Assembly (NCBI GenBank): GCA_043732485.1
Contig: JAYTHP010000099.1
Span: 1-14,239 of the forward strand
Source: Oligoflexia bacterium
GTDB taxonomy: Bacteria > Bdellovibrionota > UBA1018
DNA: 14,239 bases
Direction: 5' to 3'
Shown: positions 7,172-14,239 of the stretch, piece after piece
Layout: every line of letters begins with the position of its first letter
How positions within the stretch are numbered: the stretch's first letter is position 1
Notes under the pieces: model-generated
The model's database searches: none
Seen by the model: only the letters and a program-made list of their open reading frames with translations
Told to the model about the DNA's origin: nothing
Made by a program: the position numbers and the translations under genes

Positions 7172-7206
7172 GGGGTCTGTGGGGTGATCGGGGGGCTTGC
7201 GGGGGG
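7172..7206 (+). other. Putative G-quadruplex-forming sequence
   Basis: GGGG-TCTGT-GGGG-TGATC-GGGGGG-CTTGC-GGGGGG: four G-runs of at least 4 with three 5-nt loops. Confidence 0.6.
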
Positions 7207-7538
7207 TAAGGAGTGAGAAAACTTCAGGCGCGAACTGTTTGGCTAACTTTTATGAACTATGATAGGTCTTAGGGTGTGTAGGCTTTAAAGGTAGGCCTGA
7301 ACCCTAAGTCCTTGCAGGAAAGGCCTAAGGGCGTCTCAATTTTGCTTGAGGAAATGGGAGGCTTGGGCATGTATCACCCCGGGTTCGCAGGTGGGAAAGC
7401 TTAGAAAGGGGCGTGGAACCTTCAGGGCTAAAGCACAAAACAGGTTCTCAGGCTCTTAAGTGCTTATTGGGTGTTTCTGAGGTGGTTCTTGCGTCATAGA
7501 CTGGGGGAGACGTCTTTGAGCGCGGTGCCTAAAAAAGC

Positions 7539-7709
7539 ATGCGGCGCCAGAAAAAAGTCTCGGGGAAAAGCTTTTGGAAAGACTCGAAGCAGACAAGGAC
7601 TCTGGAGCCTGCGTGGGGAGTGGCTAAGAGTGTTGCCTCATCTTTAAAAAAATTAAAAAATTTAAAAGATTTTATGAAAAATTTGATGAATTCAGTGGGT
7701 CAGTCATGA
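7539..7709 (+). CDS. Possible 56-aa basic small ORF whose stop overlaps the trmFO start (ATGA)
   Basis: ATG 7539 to TGA 7707-7709, translating as MRRQKKVSGKSFWKDSKQTRTLEPAWGVAKSVASSLKKLKNLKDFMKNLMNSVGQS. No clear SD and no recognised homology. Confidence 0.2.
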   Translation: MRRQKKVSGKSFWKDSKQTRTLEPAWGVAKSVASSLKKLKNLKDFMKNLMNSVGQS

Positions 7710-9121
7710 ATAACCAGACAGTGCACGTGGTGGGAGCGGGTCTTGCAGGCTGCGAAGCCGCTTATTTCTTAGCCAGTCGTGGTCACCGCGTGAAGCTCCA
7801 TGAAATGCGCCCTGAGAAAAGTACCCCTGCGCATCAAAGTGCTAGCTTTGCGGAGCTGGTCTGCAGTAACTCGTTTAAATCCAAGGTGCCAGCCAGTGCC
7901 CCGGGGATCTTGAAGCATGAGATGCAGGCTTTAGGGTCGCTCGTCTTAGCCACGGGTCTTGCGCATGAACTTCCCGGGGGCGATGCCTTGACGGTCGATC
8001 GCCGGGCATTTTCACTGGCCATTACCGAGCGGCTCGCCAGTCATCCGTTGATTGAGCTCGTGCGCGGTGAGGTGAGTGAGCCGTTTCCAGGGGCCATCAC
8101 TTTGCTGGCGACCGGACCTTTGACATCAGATCAGCTTGCCCACTGGTTGCATCACACGAGGCCGCAATCGGGCACCCGGGACTGGCGTTTTGCCGGGTTT
8201 GATCCCTCCGCCACTTCTCCTTCCAGTGAGCTGTATTTTTACGACGCCATTGCACCGATTGTTGAGGCGAGCAGTTTGGATGAAAGTCAGACCTTTTTAG
8301 CTAACCGCTATGAAAAGGGGGGGGAGGCGGCTTACTTGAATTGCCCGTTGAGTGAGAGTGAGTATCGCTGCTTCTGGGAGGCTTTGGTGAGCTCGGAGTG
8401 TGTGCCGCCGCGGGTGTTTGAGAAGGAGATTTTTTTTCAGGGGTGTCAGCCGATTGAAGCGATTGCCGCCACCGGATTGGATAGCCTGCGCTTTGGTCCG
8501 ATGAAGCCTGTCGGGCTGGTGGACCCGCGCACGGGTGAGTTGCCGTTTGCGGCCTTGCAGTTGCGGCAGGAAAACTCCTCAAAGAGTGCTTATAATTTAG
8601 TGGGTTTTCAGACCAAGTTAAAATACCGCGCTCAAAGCGAGGTGTTTCGCTTGATCCCGGCCTTAAAAAACGCGGAGTTTTTGCGCATGGGTTCGATTCA
8701 CCGCAACACCTATATCTGTGGGCCTGCGGCCTTAAGGGCTGATCTTTCTTTGCGGGGGCACCCGCTGGTGTATCTGGCGGGGCAGCTGACTGGGGTGGAA
8801 GGGTATCTGGAGTCGGCGGCGTGTGGGTTGCTGGCCGGGCTTTTTATTGCGCAGCGGCTGCAAGGGGTCGCGCATCAGCTCCCGCCTGCCAATACCGCCT
8901 TAGGGTCGTTGTTGCGCCACATCACCGGGGGCGATCCGAAAAGCTATGCTCCGACTAACATTCATTTTGGGCTGTTTAATCCACAATACTTTACCCGGCT
9001 GCAGGGCTTAGAAAAAGCCGACGTGCGGGCTCAGATCGCCGCGCAAGCGGCTGAGTCGTTTGCCCGCTGGCAGGCCAGCAGTCGTGAGGTCAGCGAGATG
9101 ACTGCGCCTAGAGGCTGGTAA
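7706..9121 (+). CDS. trmFO: Methylenetetrahydrofolate--tRNA-(uracil-54-C5)-methyltransferase TrmFO (Gid)
   Basis: FAD-binding VVGAGLAGCEAA, EMRP...TPAH, AELVCSNS (catalytic Cys), ATGPLTS, LYFYDAIAPIV, YLNCPL, FQGCQPIE, LRFGPMKPVGL, NLVGFQTKL, IHRNTYI and AGQLTGVEGYLESAA are all TrmFO signature motifs. Confidence 0.97.
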   Translation: MNNQTVHVVGAGLAGCEAAYFLASRGHRVKLHEMRPEKSTPAHQSASFAELVCSNSFKSKVPASAPGILKHEMQALGSLVLATGLAHELPGGDALTVDRRAFSLAITERLASHPLIELVRGEVSEPFPGAITLLATGPLTSDQLAHWLHHTRPQSGTRDWRFAGFDPSATSPSSELYFYDAIAPIVEASSLDESQTFLANRYEKGGEAAYLNCPLSESEYRCFWEALVSSECVPPRVFEKEIFFQGCQPIEAIAATGLDSLRFGPMKPVGLVDPRTGELPFAALQLRQENSSKSAYNLVGFQTKLKYRAQSEVFRLIPALKNAEFLRMGSIHRNTYICGPAALRADLSLRGHPLVYLAGQLTGVEGYLESAACGLLAGLFIAQRLQGVAHQLPPANTALGSLLRHITGGDPKSYAPTNIHFGLFNPQYFTRLQGLEKADVRAQIAAQAAESFARWQASSREVSEMTAPRGW

Positions 9122-9170
9122 GAGGTGATGGTAAAAGATCGCTGTAAGAGATCGGGGCTGTAAAAGATGA
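9116..9170 (+). repeat. Four degenerate 13-bp tandem repeats filling the trmFO-EamA spacer
   Basis: TGGTAAGAGGTGA (9116), TGGTAAAAGATCG (9129), CTGTAAGAGATCG (9142), then GGG, then CTGTAAAAGATGA (9158). Core GTAARAGRT. Confidence 0.7.
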
Positions 9171-9195
9171 CAAAACCCTCGAAACAAGGAAAAAC

Positions 9196-10140
9196 ATGAT
9201 GGTGAATGATAAGCCCTCAGGCACTGGATCCTTTTTAGTCGCAATTGCCGCTTTCTTATGGGCCACGGATGCCTTGTTTCGTTACCCGGCGATTCACCGG
9301 GTTGACCCCGGCTTGATCGTGGTCGCGGAGCACTTTCTCGCGGTGCTGGTCTTGTTGCCTTGGATGTGGCTCAAGCACCGGCAGGATTATTTCAGGCTCA
9401 CGCTCCCAGAATGGTTGGCTGCGGCTTTTTCCGGCGCGGCCGGATCGGCGCTGGCCACCTTGTTGTTTACCGCTAGTTTTCGCTATACCAATCCTTCGGT
9501 TGCGGTTTTGCTGCAAAAGTTACAGCCGCTGATGGTGGTGGTGATTGCCTATTTTGTCTTAGGCGAAAGACCGCAGCGGAAGTTTTATATGCTGGGGCCA
9601 GTGGCGCTTGTCGCCGGGATTATCTTAAGTTTTCCCGATCTTAACTTTCATCTCTTTGACCAAAATGTCAGCTTGCACTCGATGGGCGTGCGTTATGCGC
9701 TTGCGGCAGCCTTGATCTGGGCAGCCTCGACAGTCTCAGGCAAGTTCTTGCTCAATCGCATCCCACCGACGGTGGCCACCTTTTGGCGCTTTTTTTTTGG
9801 TCTTCTCGCCATGATGGCTATTTTGCTGAGCCAACCGCCGTTACCGGCGCTGGCTGAGCTGGTGCAATCAACCGAGATGATCTTCTGCGTCTTGTACTTG
9901 AGTTTGCTGCCAGGGTTGCTTGCTATGTTGTTTTACTACCATGGACTGGCCAGATCGTCAGCCAGTGTGGCCACCTTCGTGGAGCTGCTTTATCCGATTG
10001 GGGCTGTGGTCTTAAACACGCTTTTTCTGAAGACCCCGCTCAGTCTCACGCAAACGGTGGCAGGCTCGGTGCTGCTGGTCAGCGTGACGTTGCTCTCGCT
10101 TGAGAGCGGTGGGGGTGGTGAGGGTGTGAAGAGGGGATGA
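9196..10140 (+). CDS. EamA/DMT (drug/metabolite transporter) family permease
   Basis: 314 aa, about 10 TM in two repeats: AAFLWAT, LLQKLQPL...AYFVLGER, AAALIWAASTVSGK, YYHGL...ASVATFVELLYPI..VVL..LFLK.PL. SD AAGGA at 9186-9190. Confidence 0.92.
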   Translation: MMVNDKPSGTGSFLVAIAAFLWATDALFRYPAIHRVDPGLIVVAEHFLAVLVLLPWMWLKHRQDYFRLTLPEWLAAAFSGAAGSALATLLFTASFRYTNPSVAVLLQKLQPLMVVVIAYFVLGERPQRKFYMLGPVALVAGIILSFPDLNFHLFDQNVSLHSMGVRYALAAALIWAASTVSGKFLLNRIPPTVATFWRFFFGLLAMMAILLSQPPLPALAELVQSTEMIFCVLYLSLLPGLLAMLFYYHGLARSSASVATFVELLYPIGAVVLNTLFLKTPLSLTQTVAGSVLLVSVTLLSLESGGGGEGVKRG

Positions 10141-10242
10141 GCAGGCGCTCCTCCTCCAGTGCGAAAAAAAGCAAAGGGAGTGAGCGCAAGGTGAAGAGTC
10201 AAAAGAGCGCACACAAACATTCAGGTGAAAGGTTTTTGGGTT

Positions 10243-10851
10243 ATGGATCAGATTTTAGATTTTTTGCTTCGATTTTCCAGTGGACAGCTCTATTTGCTGT
10301 GTGCGGGCTATTTGCTGGCTTGCGGCTTAGGCTTACCGATGCCAGAGGATGTGGCGCTCTTGTGGGGCGGTTACGTTTCTTACTTAGGACTCACGCGCTT
10401 GGACGGGATGATTGCCGTGGCGCTTGCCGGGGTGCTGTTTGGGGATTCGTTCATGTTTTTCCTGGGCTCCCATTTTGGCCGCCAATTGACCCAGAAATGG
10501 CTGTTTCGTAAGCTGCTGCCTGAGGAGCGCTTGTCTGCGGTGCGAGAGAAGTTTCATCAAAAGGGCAATCGCTTGATCTTTGCCGCACGCTTCATGCCGG
10601 GGTTGCGCTCGGCGGTGTATTTCTCGGCAGGGACGCTTCATCTACCGTACCGGGTGTTTTTCTTCTATGATGGGGCGGCTGCGATGATTAGCGTGCCCTC
10701 GATTGTCAGTGCAGCCTACTGGTTTGGGGATGAGTTTGACCGGGTGACGCAGGTGGTGAAAAAAATTGAATATGGTATTGTCTATATTCTGATTGCCTTG
10801 GTGGTGATGGTGCTTGTGAAGTGGTATTTGTCGCATCGCAAGGTGACGTGA
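10243..10851 (+). CDS. DedA family membrane protein
   Basis: GLGLPMPED, G.L.GD..MF.LG, FHQKG...IFAARFMPGLRS..YFSAG....Y..F..YD..AA and YWFG are typical DedA/SNARE-associated motifs. ATG 10243 (MDQILDF) is preferred over GTG 10225. Confidence 0.93.
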   Translation: MDQILDFLLRFSSGQLYLLCAGYLLACGLGLPMPEDVALLWGGYVSYLGLTRLDGMIAVALAGVLFGDSFMFFLGSHFGRQLTQKWLFRKLLPEERLSAVREKFHQKGNRLIFAARFMPGLRSAVYFSAGTLHLPYRVFFFYDGAAAMISVPSIVSAAYWFGDEFDRVTQVVKKIEYGIVYILIALVVMVLVKWYLSHRKVT

Positions 10852-10925
10852 AGGAAGTTCACGGTGGGTAAGCAGTAAGAAGGGCCTTCAGGAAAGCAAA
10901 GGCCCCGAGAAAGGATAGGGGCAGC

Positions 10926-12020
10926 GTGGGGTTTTTGAAAGTCAGCAGCGGGCAAACGGCCAGTAAAAGCCAGGTCGGCAAAAGTGCTTTAGGCGGTCAT
11001 CTCTTGGGTCGTCCGGTGGGTCAACCGTTGGGATGGCAGAGCTTGCTTGCTCTGGGTTTCGTCGGCTTCGTGCTGTGGGCGGTGCCGGTTGCCACCGAGC
11101 CGCCGCTGTCGCTGGCTGAGGCGGAGGAACCCTCCCGGCTCAAGACCTGGTGTCAGGAGCTGGGGCACGCAACCAGGGCGCTGAAGTGGAGGCTTGATCC
11201 TTGTGTTAGCCACGAAGGGAGTCACAGTGGAGCGGGCGTGGGCGTGGTTTGGGAAGAAGGCGGGCAATCGGTGCTAGGACGACCGCTGATGGTGGCAAAA
11301 TTTGGCAGTGACACGGCACCCAACACCACCTTGGTGCTTGCCACGGTGCACGGCGATGAGATCACCCCTTTGTTTGTTGGCTTGAAGCTGGTCGATTGGT
11401 TGGCTTCGCAACCTGCTGACTATTTTGCGAACGTCCAGGTGGTGGTAGCCCCGCTTGTCAATCCTGATGGCTTCTTCAGACAGCCGCGAAAGACTCGCAC
11501 CAACGCCCACGGGGTGGACTTGAATCGTAATTTTGCCACCCAAGATTGGCCGTCGCTTGCGGTGCGCTCGTGGGAGAAACGATTTCACCGCGATCCTAGA
11601 CGCAATCCCGGCGTCAAGCCCAGGTCCGAGCCTGAAACCTGCTTCCAAGAGGCGTTGATTCGAAAAGTGCGCCCGCAAAAGATCTTATCGATTCACTCGC
11701 CGCTGAACTTCTTAGACTACGACGGACCGGGCGCCTTGACGCTGAGCAATTTTCCCCAAGAGTACACCCGCGCTTGTGAGCGGTTGCGGCAGGAGCTGAA
11801 GGCCTCGTCAGGTGGTTTTTACCCAGGCTCGCTGGGCAATTTTGCGGGGAAGGAGCTTGGCATTCCCACCCTGACGCTTGAGTTGCCTTCGGCAGAAGCA
11901 AAAAAAGCCGAGAGTTACTGGGAGCGCTTTCGGACGGGGATTCATAACATGATTCACTTTGAGGTGCCCAATTACGCCTCACGCCTGCTGCTGGATACAG
12001 CCAGTGAAAGCTCGATTTGA
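10926..12020 (+). CDS. M14 family zinc carboxypeptidase, murein peptide amidase A (MpaA)-like, with N-terminal signal/TM segment
   Basis: GQSVLGRPL, HGDE (Zn ligands), NPDG, RTNAHGVDLNRNF, SEPET, SIHSPL, YPGSLG.FAG and TLELP (catalytic Glu). Hydrophobic WQSLLALGFVGFVLWAVPVA lies near the N-terminus. Exact start uncertain. Confidence 0.88.
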   Translation: MGFLKVSSGQTASKSQVGKSALGGHLLGRPVGQPLGWQSLLALGFVGFVLWAVPVATEPPLSLAEAEEPSRLKTWCQELGHATRALKWRLDPCVSHEGSHSGAGVGVVWEEGGQSVLGRPLMVAKFGSDTAPNTTLVLATVHGDEITPLFVGLKLVDWLASQPADYFANVQVVVAPLVNPDGFFRQPRKTRTNAHGVDLNRNFATQDWPSLAVRSWEKRFHRDPRRNPGVKPRSEPETCFQEALIRKVRPQKILSIHSPLNFLDYDGPGALTLSNFPQEYTRACERLRQELKASSGGFYPGSLGNFAGKELGIPTLTLELPSAEAKKAESYWERFRTGIHNMIHFEVPNYASRLLLDTASESSI

Positions 12021-13960
12021 GAAAAAAAAATGCCGCAGGCAAAGGTGAGCGCGTGAGAGCACACGCTTGGGTTATCGCTAGGGTGAAGCAGGGTAGGAGT
12101 TTTCCTCTGCTTTCTCTTTCTTCTTCCCCTTCTTCGCTTCCTGCCTTGCAAGCCTCCCCATCATTGGCTGCAGGCCCTCTCGGCTTTGTGTCTTATCGCC
12201 TGCTCCTGATCCTGATGGTCTTAGGGCTAGTCGGGGTGCAGGCTTTTTCGCTCGGGATCACCGATGATGAGGCCTATTACTGGGTCTTGGCGCAACACCT
12301 GCAAGGCAGCTATGCCTACCACCCTCCAGCTGTGGCTTGGCTCATTGCGCTCGTGCAAGCCGTGATTCCGGCTTGGCTTGAGCGTTTTGATGGCTGGATC
12401 AGGCTGGGGGCGATCGCCTGCGTGGGCGGCATTGTGTGGCTGGCGCAGACTTGGGTCAGGCGTCAGCTGAGGGACGGCTGCGAGCTGGGTGGCCGTGGCG
12501 GCGTTGACGGGCGTGATCGCTGGGCTGAGAGCGAGATTCTGCTCAGCTTGCTTGCTTTTCCGGGTTTTTTTGCGCTTTGCTGGATGATCGTGCCTGATCT
12601 ACCGTTGCTCCTGGGCGTGACGTTGTTGTGGACCAAGACTTGGGAGTTTTGCGACGGCGTGTCGCCGCTTACGCAAAAAAGCAAGGCTTTGACCGAGCTG
12701 GGTCTGGTGGCAGGCAGCGCGCTCGTCATCACCTCCAAGTACTCAGGCGTTTTAGCCTGGGTTTCGTCTTTGATGGCCTTGCAGTGGATGGCACCCCCTG
12801 CCACCACCGTCCGCTGGTGGCAGGGGCGCAAAACTCGCGGCTGGGTGCTTTTGCTTTTAGGGGCAGGGCTTGCGGCAGCGCCCATTTTCATTTGGAATGC
12901 CCAGCACGAATGGGGGTCAATCCTTTTTCAGTTGCGCGATCGCCACCGCGGTGGCCATTTCTCGCTTGCACGCTTTTTGCGCTTCTGGGTGCTTGAGATG
13001 GTGCTGATCGGGCCTCCCTTGTTTTACTTTTACGGCTGTAAGCTGGCGGGCGCTTGGCGCGGCTCAAGGCCGCCGCCGGTTGCTGCTGCGATGGCAGGGC
13101 CTACGGGTCCTGGCTGGCGGCTCGTGCAAGGTCTGTGGCAAAGACTGGGGGGGGGGAGGGTGGTGGAGCGCCAGGGCGCAGAAGGGGCAGGCCGCGGGGA
13201 GGTTCTGAGTGAGTTGCCTCCTTCAGCGAAGTCCCGCCCTCCGCTGTCGCTCGCGGCGTATGTGCTGTTTTGGGTGTTACCGGCTGGCGCGGTGTTTGGC
13301 CTGCAGCCGCTTTATTCCGACTTTAAGTTGCACTGGTTTTTTGTGGTCGGTTGGCCGCTAGTGATGGCAGCGGCAACCACTCGTGATAGATTTTGGCGAC
13401 AGCAAGAGAGCGTGCTTTGCGACTGGAGTCAGGTGCAGCGTTGGTATAGCGCGCTTTTGACGGGACTGGTGGTGTTGGCGTTGCAAACGCCTTGGCTCAA
13501 CCAAGGGTTAGCTCGCTTGGCGCAAGTGCGAGGGGTGGAGTTTGATCCAAGACTTGATGTCAGCAATGACTTATGGGGCTGGCAAGATCTTGAGCACGGG
13601 ATGGAAGCGCGCTTCGGTCCCGCGATTTTTCAGCTCCCCGTCCTTGCAGGGCGCTATCAAACGGCGGCGCAAGCGGCGTTTGCCCTCAGGCACCGCAGCT
13701 CAGTCAGCCTGCTTGCTCGCAATCCGATGGTACAACAGGAGTGGCCAGACTTCACTGCGGTGGCGCAGCAAGACGCGCAGGGTCGCTGGCACTTGCAACA
13801 GCCTTGCTTGTGGGTTGCAGACGGCAGGTACAGCGAGCCACCGCCGTTTCAAACCCCGTGTACCGCGCTTGAGCCCTTCTGGAGCATGCGCGGTGGGGTG
13901 GCGGTCAAGAAGATTCAACTCTGGCGCTGCGAGGTGAGTCAAGAGCCTCGGCAGCAGTAG
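12017..13960 (+). CDS. ArnT/PMT-family (GT39-like, GT-C fold) membrane glycosyltransferase
   Basis: DDEAYYW..AQHL..SYAYHPPAVAWLI, PDLPLL, SKYSG, P.FIWNAQH.W.SI.FQ, KLHW, D.SNDLWGW and RYQTAAQ.AF motifs, with many TM segments. The TTG start overlaps the upstream TGA (TTGA); GTG 12188 and ATG 12215 are alternative starts. Confidence 0.88.
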   Translation: MRKKNAAGKGERVRAHAWVIARVKQGRSFPLLSLSSSPSSLPALQASPSLAAGPLGFVSYRLLLILMVLGLVGVQAFSLGITDDEAYYWVLAQHLQGSYAYHPPAVAWLIALVQAVIPAWLERFDGWIRLGAIACVGGIVWLAQTWVRRQLRDGCELGGRGGVDGRDRWAESEILLSLLAFPGFFALCWMIVPDLPLLLGVTLLWTKTWEFCDGVSPLTQKSKALTELGLVAGSALVITSKYSGVLAWVSSLMALQWMAPPATTVRWWQGRKTRGWVLLLLGAGLAAAPIFIWNAQHEWGSILFQLRDRHRGGHFSLARFLRFWVLEMVLIGPPLFYFYGCKLAGAWRGSRPPPVAAAMAGPTGPGWRLVQGLWQRLGGGRVVERQGAEGAGRGEVLSELPPSAKSRPPLSLAAYVLFWVLPAGAVFGLQPLYSDFKLHWFFVVGWPLVMAAATTRDRFWRQQESVLCDWSQVQRWYSALLTGLVVLALQTPWLNQGLARLAQVRGVEFDPRLDVSNDLWGWQDLEHGMEARFGPAIFQLPVLAGRYQTAAQAAFALRHRSSVSLLARNPMVQQEWPDFTAVAQQDAQGRWHLQQPCLWVADGRYSEPPPFQTPCTALEPFWSMRGGVAVKKIQLWRCEVSQEPRQQ

Positions 13961-14112
13961 GCTCGGCAAAGAAAGCATAAAGCGTTTTTAGTCGCGAAAA
14001 ATAACCTGCTCCTCGTCGATCAATTGAGTCAAGTATTCTAGCGCTGTCAAGACGTCGTCTTTGCTGAGAATAGGGTAGGTCGTGAGTAGGTCTGCAATAT
14101 CAGAGTCTGCAA

Positions 14113-14135
14113 CGAAACATCCCGAGGATGTTTCG
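14113..14135. promoter_or_regulatory. Perfect 10-bp inverted repeat (operator-like site or hairpin)
   Basis: CGAAACATCC-CGA-GGATGTTTCG with no U-tract on either side. Confidence 0.5.
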
Positions 14136-14212
14136 GACCATAATTCTAGTTTCAGTAATTGTTGGCTTGCCCCTGCAGACGTCAGGGCGGGCTGTGATGC
14201 GATTTTGCTGCA

Positions 14213-14218
14213 TATAAT
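14213..14218 (+). promoter_or_regulatory. Possible -10 box of a promoter for a gene beyond the window
   Basis: Consensus TATAAT, but no recognisable -35 at 16-18 nt spacing. Confidence 0.25.
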
Positions 14219-14239
14219 GATTCTCTCCTGCCCGTCTAG

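Noticed and set aside
9116..9170. CRISPR or attC-type array
   Set aside because: Units are 13 bp, degenerate and have no spacers; there is no cas or integrase gene and no RYYYAAC/GTTRRRY ends.
10137..10511. 124-aa ORF starting in an ATGA overlap with the EamA stop
   Set aside because: It overlaps the well-supported DedA gene out of frame for about 270 nt. The Lys/Ser-rich start reflects A/G-rich spacer composition.
10882..10905. Hairpin GGGCCTT/AAGGCCC between DedA and the peptidase as a terminator
   Set aside because: No U-tract on the plus strand; at most an intercistronic stability or processing stem.
2985..13978. Remaining short ORFs nested in or antisense to the main genes
   Set aside because: Shadow ORFs expected in GC-rich coding DNA; none shows a recognisable motif.
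14162..14177. Sigma54 promoter (TTGGC...TGCA)
   Set aside because: GG-to-GC spacing is 9 nt rather than the required 10.

Overview
Bacterial chromosomal window with nine credible CDS. In order: the 3' end of a LamG/concanavalin-like, Ser/Thr/Gly-rich exported protein (+); an Hsp20 small heat-shock protein (-); an 857-aa polytopic GT-C-like membrane protein (-); an outer-membrane beta-barrel (-); then a co-directional run on + of trmFO, an EamA/DMT transporter, DedA, an exported MpaA-like M14 zinc peptidase and an ArnT/PMT (GT39-like) glycosyltransferase. The protein styles suggest a Bdellovibrionota/Oligoflexia-like Gram-negative organism (inference only). About 26% of the window is non-coding. 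The spacers hold most of the interesting signal: a candidate RNA thermometer covering the hsp20 Shine-Dalgarno, several nested stem-loop domains (1141-1215, 2117-2306, 6561-6855, 7268-7350), a regular G-quadruplex motif (7172-7206), several degenerate short tandem repeats, and a 56-codon ORF coupled to trmFO. I found no rRNA, tRNA, CRISPR array, transposase or integrase, and I cannot show a new system from sequence alone. The best candidates are an orphan structured RNA in the 1.25-kb divergent spacer and a putative EamA-DedA-peptidase-GT-C envelope-modification module.
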